Below, piece after piece: positions 1 to 9,836 of a stretch of DNA of 64,000 nt (positions are counted from its first letter, which is position 1; the number at the start of each line of letters is the position of its first letter). The DNA comes from an uncultured Nitrososphaerota archaeon (GTDB lineage: Archaea; Asgardarchaeota; Njordarchaeia; Njordarchaeales; Njordarchaeaceae). The stretch is from contig CAZFGR010000001.1 of NCBI GenBank assembly GCA_964518475.1, positions 288,001 to 352,000 on the forward strand, given 5' to 3'. Under the pieces are notes generated by a model. That model did no database searches and was not told the DNA's origin. It saw nothing but the letters and a program-made list of their open reading frames with translations. A program made the position numbers and the translations under genes.

Positions 1-453
1 TGTTCCTACTTCATCCCACTCTGCCCATTTAATTTCGTTTCTGAAAAATCGATCCCTAATTTCCTTATTCTCCTCCGCAAAACCAGTACCATCGTTTTTT
101 CTGAAGCGAATCCCATTCCACTCTGGAGGGTTATGAGAAGCTGTTACGTAGGCTCCTCCATCGGCTTCTTCGCTTTTCCAAACAGCAAAGTAAAATGTCG
201 AGATCGGTAAAGAATCAAACATAACTACGTCAATACCCGCAGACACAATACCAGCTGCTGCTGCATGGATAAACAGTTTTGTTGATGTTCTCCCATCCCC
301 GGATATAAAGGCTTTTTTTCCACCCCACTCCTTTATGATATTAGCAAATATTGCTGCGGCTCTTGCGATAATATCTGGAGAAAGCGTCTTGCCGAAAATA
401 CCTCTAATATCATAAGCTCTAAAAATTGTTTTTAGGTAGTCTTGATACATCAT
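1..453 (-). CDS. Phosphomannomutase/phosphoglucomutase family protein (5' part; runs off the window edge; not in ORF track)
   Basis: Manual translation: MMYQDYLKTIFRAYDIRG...GDGRTS...VTASHNPPEWNGIRF (phosphoserine motif TASHNP); GGTGA SD 6 nt upstream of ATG 453. Confidence 0.92.
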   Translation of the reverse strand, partial: MMYQDYLKTIFRAYDIRGIFGKTLSPDIIARAAAIFANIIKEWGGKKAFISGDGRTSTKLFIHAAAAGIVSAGIDVVMFDSLPISTFYFAVWKSEEADGGAYVTASHNPPEWNGIRFRKNDGTGFAEENKEIRDRFFRNEIKWAEWDEVGT

Positions 454-479
454 TATTTTTCACCAATGGTTGATATAGA

Positions 480-1037
480 ATGGCAGAAATTTGGATTTTA
501 CGTTTAGGGCATAGAAGAAATAGGGATAAAAGAATATCTACTCATGTAGGATTAGTCGCAAGAGCTTTCGGAGCTAATGGCATTATCTTCTCAGGAGACT
601 ATGATGAAAACGTTCTTGAGAGCATAAAACGTGTTGTAGAAATTTGGGGAGGCCCCTTTGAAGCCATATATGAAAAAGATTGGAAACGCTTAATAATCGC
701 AAAAAAGGAGGAAGGATTCATAGTTATTCACTTAACAATGTATGGGGAGAATCTACCTGATATTATTGACGAGATTAGAAGACTATTTTACAAGATGAAT
801 AAATCACTGTTAATAATTGTGGGTGCCGAAAAAGTTCCAGGGATTGTCTACGAGTTAGCGGATTATAATATAGCGATTTCTAATCAACCTCATAGTGAAG
901 TAGCTGCATTAGCTGTATTCTTAGACTGGTTATTCGAGGGAAAGGAGCTTAAGAGGACTTTTAAGGATGCAAAATTAAAAATCATACCTTGCAAAAAGGG
1001 AAAGAAAGTTTTAAAAGCTTCAACTAATCCTTCGTAG
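480..1037 (+). CDS. trm56: tRNA (cytidine56-2'-O)-methyltransferase, archaeal SPOUT
   Basis: [52 protein letters not shown]. Confidence 0.95.
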   Translation: MAEIWILRLGHRRNRDKRISTHVGLVARAFGANGIIFSGDYDENVLESIKRVVEIWGGPFEAIYEKDWKRLIIAKKEEGFIVIHLTMYGENLPDIIDEIRRLFYKMNKSLLIIVGAEKVPGIVYELADYNIAISNQPHSEVAALAVFLDWLFEGKELKRTFKDAKLKIIPCKKGKKVLKASTNPS

Positions 1038-1098
1038 ATAATTAGCTCCTTTTCCCTATGGGTACTAATACTAAATTAAAACAAGGAGGTGACTTATC

Positions 1099-2760
1099 TT
1101 CAAGCTTTGGTTAGTCACATCTGCTTTACCCTATGCGAACGGCGAGCTCCATATTGGTCATATTCGTTCTACGTATCTCCCTGCAGATATATTTACGCGC
1201 TTTCTTAAGATGAGAGGTTTTGATGCTTATCACGTATGCGGCACCGATGAGCATGGAACGCCCATACTAGCGCGAGCTATAGAGGAGAAGAAGACTCCCA
1301 AAGAAATCGTTGATTACTATTATCAAATAATCAAACGTTCATTAGAGAAAACCCATATACATTTTGATATATTCTCCAGGACAACGAAACCTCATCACTA
1401 CAAGATGACACAGAAGTTTTATGAAAGGGCAAAAAAAGCGGGCTACATCTACATGAAAGAGATACCTATTTTATATTGCGAAGTAGATAGGATAGCATTG
1501 CCAGATAGATTAGTAAAGGGAAATTGCCCATACTGTGGTGCCCCTAACCAATACGGGGATCATTGCGAAGTATGTGGTAGAACATATTCTGCTTTTCAAT
1601 TAAAGAACCCTCGATGTTCGATATGCAATAATCAGCCAGTAATCAAGTATAGCAAGCATGCATTCTTTGCACTAAGTGAGTTCTCAGAAAGACTGGAAAA
1701 ATGGGTAAAAGAAGAAGTTAAATTGACACGAGGAGTCAGAGAACACGTCCTTCATTGGATTAGAGAAAAATTACAGGACTGGGATATAACACGTGATATT
1801 AGTTGGGGAGTCCCTGTTCCAGATATACCTAATCAAGTATTTTACGTATGGTGGGATGCGCCAATCGGCTACGTATCGTTTACAAAAGAACTATTCGGTG
1901 AAATAGGTAAAGATTGGGAACGTATCTGGATTGATGGAGAGGGACGGATCGTTCATTTTATCGGCAAAGATATAATCTATCATCATGTGCTCTTTTGGCC
2001 AGCAATGCTTATGGCAAACGAATTTGCTCTACCCAATGAGATAAGAGTACGCGGTTTTGCTACTTTAGAAGGCCAGAAAATGAGTAAGAGTCGGGGCATA
2101 TACATCGGATTAGAGGAGTTCATGGATTATTGGCCCGCAGAGTACTTACGATTTTACTGGGCCTTGACTACTCCTGAAAGTCTTGACGATGGTGATTTTA
2201 GTCTCCGCGAGTATCAGGAAAAAATAAACAAAACATTGATTGGAGAAGTCGGTAATTTTGTTCATCGAGTATTGACATTAATAAAACGGGGAAATATACA
2301 AAGTGGATCTGTTGATAAAGGGCTACAGAATAAGGTTTTAAACCTCGTTAAAGACTATGAAACAAAAATGCTAGATAATAAATTCGACGCCGCTATAGAA
2401 GTAATGCTTGAAATTGCACGAATAGGAAACAGGACACTTAGCATTACTGAACCTTGGAAAAACTTATCGAGCGAAACTTCCAGAAAGGTACTCGTAACAC
2501 TATTTAACTTTACTAGACTCCTCTCCGTACTCCTTACTCCAATACTACCAGAATCCAGCAAGAAAATGCGTAAGATGCTTGGAATAGTCGAAGATGCGAA
2601 AACAGCTTATGAATTCATTTTAAATACTCTCGATACTGATGCTACAATAAGTATTATAAGAAAGTTTTTAACCCAGACCAAGAAGATAGAACCTCTCTTT
2701 AAGAAAATAGCAAAAGAAGATATAGAGAAAATCCGTCTAAAGCTCGGAACCTCCACATAA
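1099..2760 (+). CDS. metG: Methionyl-tRNA synthetase, short form without C-terminal tRNA-binding domain; true start upstream of the called ATG 1210
   Basis: In-frame upstream of 1210: (F)KLWLVTSALPYANGELHIGH (HIGH motif); zinc knuckles, YVWWDAPIGY, KMSKS. Start codon uncertain (see findings). Confidence 0.93.
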   Translation, partial: FKLWLVTSALPYANGELHIGHIRSTYLPADIFTRFLKMRGFDAYHVCGTDEHGTPILARAIEEKKTPKEIVDYYYQIIKRSLEKTHIHFDIFSRTTKPHHYKMTQKFYERAKKAGYIYMKEIPILYCEVDRIALPDRLVKGNCPYCGAPNQYGDHCEVCGRTYSAFQLKNPRCSICNNQPVIKYSKHAFFALSEFSERLEKWVKEEVKLTRGVREHVLHWIREKLQDWDITRDISWGVPVPDIPNQVFYVWWDAPIGYVSFTKELFGEIGKDWERIWIDGEGRIVHFIGKDIIYHHVLFWPAMLMANEFALPNEIRVRGFATLEGQKMSKSRGIYIGLEEFMDYWPAEYLRFYWALTTPESLDDGDFSLREYQEKINKTLIGEVGNFVHRVLTLIKRGNIQSGSVDKGLQNKVLNLVKDYETKMLDNKFDAAIEVMLEIARIGNRTLSITEPWKNLSSETSRKVLVTLFNFTRLLSVLLTPILPESSKKMRKMLGIVEDAKTAYEFILNTLDTDATISIIRKFLTQTKKIEPLFKKIAKEDIEKIRLKLGTST

Positions 2761-2788
2761 TCTTCAAAACATAATTATTCAATAAAAC

Positions 2789-3883
2789 TTGAGGGAGAAG
2801 AAAATGCGAATCAATTATTTACTCAAATGGTTAGATTCTCCAGTACCCGGGCGTAGAAGAAAGGCCTTAGAGCAACTCACAAAACATGCTATAAGAACAC
2901 CATCTCAAATAGACCAAATATATCCACGAATAAAGCAATTAATAAAAGATTCAGATTGGAGCGTACGGAGCACATTGTTAAAATCATTGACAGAGCTAGC
3001 TTTGGTAAAGCAAGAGATATTACCAGAGACTCTTGAGGTTATCAAAGAATCCATTAACGATGAATTTCCGAACGTAAGGAGCACAGCCATCTTTTGTCTG
3101 GCCAAATTAATTGCTAAGTACAAAGACCTCGCCCAGGATACACACACTATTGACACAGCACTAGAACGTTTAAGAGACGAAAATAATAATGTAAAAGAAG
3201 CAGCTTTAAGGTTATTATTAGAATTATCACGGATAAACTCGGATATTCTTCAGAAAAAATTCAATGAGGTATATGGTTTAGCAAATCACGAGATTGCTAG
3301 TATTAGAAAACGTGTATTAGAAGTATTTAACGAGAATTTCGAAAATATTCCAGAAGACCAGTTAGCAAATGTCATCTCGCTTTATTACGAAAAACTAAAG
3401 GATCCTGATTACTTTGTCCGCGAATATGCACTAAAGGGCTTTTGCCGATTGGTAGAACTCGATAAGGTAAAAATTGATGAGACTCTAATAAGAGAAGTTA
3501 GGAAGAGGCTCAGAGATCTCTACATTCCAGTTAAGAGAGCAACCATTGAGCTAATTAGAAAGATCTTAGACAAGAACATCTTTTACGCAGATAACTTTCT
3601 TGACATCATTTCTAATGAGATTTTATTAAAAGAGAAGAGCCTAAACTTTAAGCTTGAGGTCTTAAGGTTATTGTACGACTATATCGATAAAATACCCCAA
3701 GGGATCATTCATAAGCATAACATTCCGCGATCTCTAGATAAACTAGAGAAAGCTACTGTAGAAAAATCAGCAAAACGAGAAGAAATTAAAAAACTTGCTC
3801 GTGTAATTCTTGAACAGAAACTCGGATATACTGTTGAAATACGAAGAAAGAAATTCGGAGAACCAGATCAAAAAGAGAAATAA
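2789..3883 (+). CDS. HEAT-repeat (alpha-solenoid) protein
   Basis: Repeated L.D....VR..A...L units (DSDWSVRSTLL, DEFPNVRSTAI, DENNNVKEAAL, DPDYFVREYAL). Confidence 0.8.
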   Translation: MREKKMRINYLLKWLDSPVPGRRRKALEQLTKHAIRTPSQIDQIYPRIKQLIKDSDWSVRSTLLKSLTELALVKQEILPETLEVIKESINDEFPNVRSTAIFCLAKLIAKYKDLAQDTHTIDTALERLRDENNNVKEAALRLLLELSRINSDILQKKFNEVYGLANHEIASIRKRVLEVFNENFENIPEDQLANVISLYYEKLKDPDYFVREYALKGFCRLVELDKVKIDETLIREVRKRLRDLYIPVKRATIELIRKILDKNIFYADNFLDIISNEILLKEKSLNFKLEVLRLLYDYIDKIPQGIIHKHNIPRSLDKLEKATVEKSAKREEIKKLARVILEQKLGYTVEIRRKKFGEPDQKEK

Positions 3884-3895
3884 AACTACTATTCA

Positions 3896-5806
3896 TTATA
3901 CTCCTCCGAAGAATTTATCTAGCGTTACTCTCTCTTCCTCCTTCTTTTTGGCTCTTGTTTTCTCTTTCGTTTTCTTCTCCTTTTCTTCCTCTTCTCGTTC
4001 ACTAACTTTTTCCTCTTTTACCTGTGCACTCGGTATTGGTACGATGGATTCTACTCTCGGACCTATCTTGCTTAATGCGTCCTCATATGCTTTCAGAACT
4101 TCTTTCTCAATACTGCTTCTCTCTTTTTTTCTTCCAAAAACATATCTCATGAAAATACTAATTGTTTCCTTAGGAATCTGTAATCTAGCGAATAACCGGC
4201 CTATAATATCCGGTCTTTGTTGAGCAAGGTATGCTAAGAAGCGAAGCTCTCTTCTCGCTCTCTTCCTCGAAATATGCGTATACTTTGCGTATCTTTCTAG
4301 CAATGGTCTTAGTCCTAGTTTTTTAGTGCTGATTTCTTCCGTTTCCTCGGATTCCTCTTCTGCTTCTTCTTCTATCTCACCCTCCATTAGTTTCTTCATT
4401 TTATAAAGTTCTTCAACAATTGTGGGCTTATTTACCCTAATTTTCCTGAGCTCCCACACATTTTTCGCTTGCTTACCATATTTAGCCATAGCCGTTGCTA
4501 AGACGTTCATGGCATCTCTATAAGCGATTTTCCAATTCATTGTTCTAGCGCCGATTTTATAAAGATAGTCTGCTAGAGCTAATTCATTGTAGAAATTAAA
4601 GAGCCCTTTAGAACGATCTATAAATGCGTAAGCATTTTCCCAGACCCATAAGATTAATTCCCATGGATCCACGTCCGTAGCTGCGCTTAGATATCTCTGT
4701 ACTCGCGAGATAGTCTCATCTAAAGTTCTCCCTTTAAAGCCAAAGGCGTATCTTATAGCATCCTGCAAGCTAAGCATTTCTTCATGAAAGATATCTGGTA
4801 AGACACCCGTATGATAATAAACTTCTAATGCTTCCACGATTGTTCTAAAGTCGGGTGCGTATTTAGCTAAGAAATTGATTATTTGCTCTGGCACCTCCAT
4901 CTTCATTCTAGCCATTATGCGTTTGATCAGAGCTTTTGCTTGATATTCCTGAGGCCTATCAAAGAATACTGTTAAACACTTTGTCATGAGTGCTCTAACT
5001 TTCCTGTCATGAATAACATTAGCTGTTAGTATCAGAGGTAATCGAATATCATCAAGCAATCTCATGAGAGCCGAAAAACCACCACGATCATCTCTACTAG
5101 ATAATCCATCCACTTCATCTAACAGTATAATTCTAGGTGGTTTTGTTGGATCGCCTCCAATAATGAAACCTGCGCTTTTAAGGGCCTCTTTCACGATTTC
5201 TCGTACAATACTACCACTTCGTTTATCACTAGCATTAAATTCAACTACCATAACTCCCTCTTGCCAAGCTAAAGCATAAGCTGTTGATGTTTTTCCAGTA
5301 CCAGGAGGACCTACTAAGAGTAGCGGTTTATAAGGTGGAAGAGGTGGTATAGCGGGAGGTGTAATGCTCTCCTTCACTTGTGAGAGAAATTTTCCCCATA
5401 CTTTATCTAGCCACTTCTTTATCTCTCTAAAAGCTGTTGGTTTAAGAGTTGTTGTTAATTCCTTCCCTTCTTCCTTAAATAAGGTAGTATGGCTTGTTGG
5501 TATTTCACCTCTACTAGGTACCCCTGCCCATTTCTCGAATTCTTGTTGAAATAGTGATTTCCATTTTTGTAAATATTTACTTGCCCATTCCTTTCCCTGC
5601 TGTGTTTTAAGAAATTCAATCCATTTGGTCCTCTCTTCAGAATTCCAGATTCTAAAGATGTTCCAGAGAATTATCCATGCCCGCCACCAGTTTAATATCT
5701 GTGTTCTTTGTCTATTTGTTATTATAACTTCGTAAAGAGATCTCGGTCTAAAAAGCTCTGTCCATGGAATCCTTCTCTGTAACTGATGAGCCAAAGTTAT
5801 CACCAA
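3896..5806 (-). CDS. rfcL: Replication factor C large subunit with long insertion before Walker A
   Basis: PWTELFRP, GPPGTGKT, EFNASD, ILLDEVDG, C-terminal PIP-like VTLDKFF; adjacent to rfcS. Confidence 0.9.
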   Translation of the reverse strand: MVITLAHQLQRRIPWTELFRPRSLYEVIITNRQRTQILNWWRAWIILWNIFRIWNSEERTKWIEFLKTQQGKEWASKYLQKWKSLFQQEFEKWAGVPSRGEIPTSHTTLFKEEGKELTTTLKPTAFREIKKWLDKVWGKFLSQVKESITPPAIPPLPPYKPLLLVGPPGTGKTSTAYALAWQEGVMVVEFNASDKRSGSIVREIVKEALKSAGFIIGGDPTKPPRIILLDEVDGLSSRDDRGGFSALMRLLDDIRLPLILTANVIHDRKVRALMTKCLTVFFDRPQEYQAKALIKRIMARMKMEVPEQIINFLAKYAPDFRTIVEALEVYYHTGVLPDIFHEEMLSLQDAIRYAFGFKGRTLDETISRVQRYLSAATDVDPWELILWVWENAYAFIDRSKGLFNFYNELALADYLYKIGARTMNWKIAYRDAMNVLATAMAKYGKQAKNVWELRKIRVNKPTIVEELYKMKKLMEGEIEEEAEEESEETEEISTKKLGLRPLLERYAKYTHISRKRARRELRFLAYLAQQRPDIIGRLFARLQIPKETISIFMRYVFGRKKERSSIEKEVLKAYEDALSKIGPRVESIVPIPSAQVKEEKVSEREEEEKEKKTKEKTRAKKKEEERVTLDKFFGGV

Positions 5807-5880
5807 ATATTTCTAGGCATTCTCAACTTAACTAATTTATTAAGACCTTTCTGGCGTTTTAATATTATTCACAAACGTAT

Positions 5881-5900
5881 AAAAAGGAGAGAGAGAGAGA
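5881..5900 (-). terminator. Pyrimidine-rich (TC)7-CTTTTT tract downstream of rfcS, candidate terminator
   Basis: + strand AAAAAG(GA)7, about 55 nt after the rfcS stop. Confidence 0.3.
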
Positions 5901-5955
5901 CAAAGTCTAGATTCTCGGAGTCCTGGTCTATGTTCTGTACGACTAGCGCCACTTT

Positions 5956-6963
5956 CTAATGTGTCTTTCTTTTATATTTCGCACCTAAGTCAGCTATATA
6001 GGCTAGCAGAGCCGTTAATTGCAGGTAATCTGTGGCCCCCTGAGAAATTCTGAAGTCTAGGTCGCTGAGAAATCTTAAGAGACTAATTTTATCTTCGGAT
6101 TCTATGGGAATTACACCCCTATTAATTGCTCTGAAGAATTCTGCTAGTAGATCCTCTCCGGAGACTCCCTCTTCCACAAGTGCATTGATTAGTTGTTTTC
6201 TAGCCTCTTCGAATTTTCCTTCAAATGCTAGTTTTATCATCTCTTCTACCTTCTCAGGATAAACTAATCCCGCTGTTCTATATACTACTTCTCTAGTCAC
6301 AGGCACACCTAGATAGGCTACGCTTTGGAGAAGATTTATGGCCTTTCTTAAATCACCTTCGCTTATCTCCATAATAGCCTCTAGACCATCATCCCTTAAG
6401 TCAACGTTTTCTTGCTCAGCTATAAACCGTAATCGTTTAATTATCGCTTCTTTTGGTAATCTCTTGAATTTGAATACAGCTGTTCTTGATTGAATAGGTT
6501 CGATTATTCTCGATGGATAATTGCATATAAGGATAAACCTTGTTATGTCAGCATAGTTCTCCATTGTCCTTCTGAGAGCATGTTGAGCCTCTCTTGTCAT
6601 CATATCAGCTTCGTCTAGTATCAGAATCTTATATGGAATTTCCCCTGTTATTCTAGATCTAGCAAAGTCCTTTAATTTTGTTCGTACCATCTCTATACCA
6701 CGTTCATCTGACGCATTCAGTTCAAGAACAAAGTTCCGCCAATTTTCGCCATACAAGTCGTGAGCTAGAGCTAAAGCAGCTGTTGTTTTTCCCGTACCCG
6801 GAGGGCCTGCAAAGAGCATATTAGGGATATTTTTTGATTCAACAAATTTTTTCAGCGCTTGGACAACCTCTTCTTGATCCACAATCTCATCTAATGTTTT
6901 TGGTCTGTACTTCTCAACCCATAAAACCTCTTCCAATTCCATTTTGCTCATAGAACCCACCAT
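5956..6963 (-). CDS. rfcS: Replication factor C small subunit (no intein)
   Basis: WVEKYRP, GPPGTGKTT, ELNASDERG, ILDEAD, AQHALRRTME, IQSR. Confidence 0.96.
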   Translation of the reverse strand: MVGSMSKMELEEVLWVEKYRPKTLDEIVDQEEVVQALKKFVESKNIPNMLFAGPPGTGKTTAALALAHDLYGENWRNFVLELNASDERGIEMVRTKLKDFARSRITGEIPYKILILDEADMMTREAQHALRRTMENYADITRFILICNYPSRIIEPIQSRTAVFKFKRLPKEAIIKRLRFIAEQENVDLRDDGLEAIMEISEGDLRKAINLLQSVAYLGVPVTREVVYRTAGLVYPEKVEEMIKLAFEGKFEEARKQLINALVEEGVSGEDLLAEFFRAINRGVIPIESEDKISLLRFLSDLDFRISQGATDYLQLTALLAYIADLGAKYKRKTH

Positions 6964-7205
6964 ACCCTATCACTATGAGATTGAAAAATTATATCGAAAT
7001 AAGAAAATTATTTTATAACCCAAAAATTTTCTTATGAGATCCTTTCGATGATATAGTTACCGAGAAATAATTAGATGAAATTAGATTGATAATTCTTGAA
7101 TAGTATCACTAGTTAAATAACCAACTAGCTGTTCATATTTCGCTATTACATGATACTTAGGGATAGTTTCTTGGCCATCAACTGCTTGAAATAAAGGGAG
7201 TTCGA

Positions 7206-7550
7206 TTGTTCAATGAGCAGTTAACAGTAGACCTTTACGAAATAAAGTTCCCAGGCAAGATAGTTGGTAAGGAAGTTATAGATCAGGAAGCAAAACGATT
7301 GGGTATAGTCAAAAATATTCGGTTGAAAACCCCTCCATTACGACTATTTCTTGTAGTAAGAAATAAAGATATTGATGTAGAGATTCCATTTGAACACGTA
7401 GACAAGATTGGAAAAAACATTATAAAACTGCGTAAAGTGATGGATGTTGAGGAACTCTCCGTTGAAGAAGCAATAAAAATACTTGAAAATGTTAAGACAG
7501 AGATAATTACTGACGTTCATCTTTTAATAAATGGCAGAAAAGATATATAA
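7206..7550 (+). CDS. PRC-barrel domain protein
   Basis: IVGKEVIDQEAKRLGIVKNI...EIPFEHVDKIGKNII pattern. Confidence 0.7.
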   Translation: MFNEQLTVDLYEIKFPGKIVGKEVIDQEAKRLGIVKNIRLKTPPLRLFLVVRNKDIDVEIPFEHVDKIGKNIIKLRKVMDVEELSVEEAIKILENVKTEIITDVHLLINGRKDI

Positions 7551-7565
7551 AATAATAGTTAGAAA

Positions 7566-7931
7566 TCATAGGAATATCTGGAATTCTATCTCTGAACCAT
7601 CCGTAAGTTTCAACTTCTTTCTTAAATTAATCGGTGCGACGATTTCTATCACATTCTCTGGATGCACGCTTTTCTGAGGTCTTATCACTACAATAGGGAT
7701 TTCCCCTATTTTGCCAGTAGCATATCTTATTGTTCCATATTCCATAGGAGTATATGTATGAGGAAGAATCTCGCTCGTTTTTTTACCGTCAATTATAACA
7801 TTAAGTGTACCAGGAAATGGATGCGCTTTTAGCACCTTCTTGAAAAAATTCAAATATTGGGGTCTTGTAACATAGTATGCGCCTTTTCCAACGCCACTAG
7901 TCACACGACCTCGAATTTTAAGAGTCTTCAT
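7566..7931 (-). CDS. ribK: CTP-dependent riboflavin kinase (archaeal)
   Basis: GRVTSGVGKGAYYV, PFPGTLNV, IEIVAPINLR. Confidence 0.9.
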   Translation of the reverse strand: MKTLKIRGRVTSGVGKGAYYVTRPQYLNFFKKVLKAHPFPGTLNVIIDGKKTSEILPHTYTPMEYGTIRYATGKIGEIPIVVIRPQKSVHPENVIEIVAPINLRKKLKLTDGSEIEFQIFL

Positions 7932-8187
7932 AATATCATCCCATAAGATCTCTGATACGGCTATATCTTACAGTCGTATTACGTTAATATAATTTCTAAA
8001 AACTCTAGACTGGGGTCAAGAATTAATACTTATCTCGTGGATGGCGGAACGATTATTAATTTTCCGGAGCAATACTTAATATTCTTGATGACTAAACCTA
8101 GTTAATCCTCATATGATTATTGTTGCTAAAAATGGCCAACAATACTTCTTAAAAAACGTTTTTATAAAAATTGCATAGTGAAGTATT

Positions 8188-8928
8188 ATGCAAATAGTTA
8201 GATTCTGGATTAAAGTTCGTGATATTGCAGATATCGCTAGATTATTGTATATGCTCTCGAGCTCTTCAAAAAAATATCCTTATGTATTCTTAGAACAGTG
8301 TTCCAAAGAAATTTCAAGAATTGTTACTCTCGTAGCTTATCCAAAATTAATGCACCCTAGTCTCCTTTTGATATTTCTATACACTGATATCAAAAGACAT
8401 TATGAGTTAGAGAAGCGAGGCTATTTAAGGTATCTAGCGGCTCCTAGAGAAATGCTTAGCGTGAGGAAAAATATTGATGCCCTCGGATATTATATTCCAA
8501 TAATTAAATCGAAGAGATCATTAAGGCTGTTTATCATGGATTTTTCCGATAAGAAAACCGTGGTAAATCCTAAGAAAACGTCTCAAATAAATATTGAAGT
8601 GTTAAAATTGCCTTTCATAGAACATATGAGGTTGCTAATTGAAAAATTTGAATACGATAGAGTTGTCTATAAACTAGAGCAAGCTAACGAGACTTTTTTA
8701 TTTAGTTTTGTGGAAAAAACATCTCCAAGCGGCTCTCCTGTGCAAATATTAGTGAGTAATACAAATAAAGAATTAAAGACTCCATTTATCACCTTAAACC
8801 AGTATGGGGAAATAATAACATGCCGTGGGGAAGAGCATAGCAAGTTTACATATATTGCCTTAATAAATGTCGTAAAGATTCCAGAAGAATTAAGAACATT
8901 ACTCATGTCTTACTCTACTAGTTTCTAA
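8188..8928 (+). CDS. Hypothetical protein with apparent internal duplication
   Basis: 246-aa ORF; two halves ending YYIPIIK / YIALINV. Confidence 0.6.
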   Translation: MQIVRFWIKVRDIADIARLLYMLSSSSKKYPYVFLEQCSKEISRIVTLVAYPKLMHPSLLLIFLYTDIKRHYELEKRGYLRYLAAPREMLSVRKNIDALGYYIPIIKSKRSLRLFIMDFSDKKTVVNPKKTSQINIEVLKLPFIEHMRLLIEKFEYDRVVYKLEQANETFLFSFVEKTSPSGSPVQILVSNTNKELKTPFITLNQYGEIITCRGEEHSKFTYIALINVVKIPEELRTLLMSYSTSF

Positions 8929-9692
8929 ATGAATTTCCCTTTAATGAATCTTAGTGTTGTAAACGTTTCTGACAAAGAGTCTGAAAAAATGACAATTAAT
9001 ACTCTGAGATCTCTACGGATCTTGTTAAGGAACAATCTTGTGTCAATGAATTGCTCCCAAATACCACCTAAAGCAGGCACTACTCCCTCCTGATCCCATA
9101 TACTTACTGTTGGCCCAAAATATCTTTGCTCATATTTTGCTTTCTCATTTTTAATAAACGCTCTAACTTGATTAACGACGAAGACTGTGCTTCCTTTTTT
9201 TACTAAACTTCGTAAAATCTCTCCAACGATGCATATTGCCTTGTGAAGTTCATAAATGCTTTCTTCGCCCGTATCCATTAATTCAGCAAGAGCGTTTGGA
9301 AAAGAATCAATCACTATTATATTTTCTTCGCTAGACAAACTCTTTGTAAGATTTGTAATTTTATGAAGAAAATCCGATAAATCAATAGGCCTGTAAACAT
9401 AGATCCTTTTCAGAATGTTTTCAATTTTTTCTGAAGTCATTAATTCTTGCAACAATGTCAGTTCAAATACTTTATCCACATCAAAATACCAAGCGAGAAC
9501 TTTTTCATTCCTATAGAGATAATTTAGTATTATCTGTTGTATAAGTCTGGTTTTTCCCACGCCAGCAGGCCCACATATTTCAATAATTTCATTAAAGGGG
9601 ATGCCCCCTATGGAATCGATACTCGGAATTCCTATCTTTACTTTTCTCGTAATTTGTTTGCACAGATTTTTCTCGAAAATCCATTTAACCAT
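8925..9692 (-). CDS. RecA/Rad51-family paralog (RadB-like, no N-terminal HhH domain)
   Basis: GIPSIDSIGG, EICGPAGVGKT, IVIDS, VVNQV, PALG. Confidence 0.85.
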   Translation of the reverse strand: MVKWIFEKNLCKQITRKVKIGIPSIDSIGGIPFNEIIEICGPAGVGKTRLIQQIILNYLYRNEKVLAWYFDVDKVFELTLLQELMTSEKIENILKRIYVYRPIDLSDFLHKITNLTKSLSSEENIIVIDSFPNALAELMDTGEESIYELHKAICIVGEILRSLVKKGSTVFVVNQVRAFIKNEKAKYEQRYFGPTVSIWDQEGVVPALGGIWEQFIDTRLFLNKIRRDLRVLIVIFSDSLSETFTTLRFIKGKFI

Positions 9693-9836
9693 AAAAGCGT
9701 GCCTCTCTTAGTTTTGGTTTTAGTCTAATTTATATACGCATTGAAGCATGTTATACCTTAATCAGCGATTATAATAGTCAGCTCATGTATGAATTTACCC
9801 CTATTATTTAAGGCATCACTTTGAGGTGTAAAAAAT

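Noticed and set aside
1058-1114. Programmed -1 frameshift from the uORF into metG
   Set aside because: No X-XXY-YYZ slippery heptamer or downstream structure; the SD position favours initiation near 1096-1099
5330-5674. Intein in RFC large subunit
   Set aside because: No Cys/Ser start, no His-Asn end, no LAGLIDADG motif
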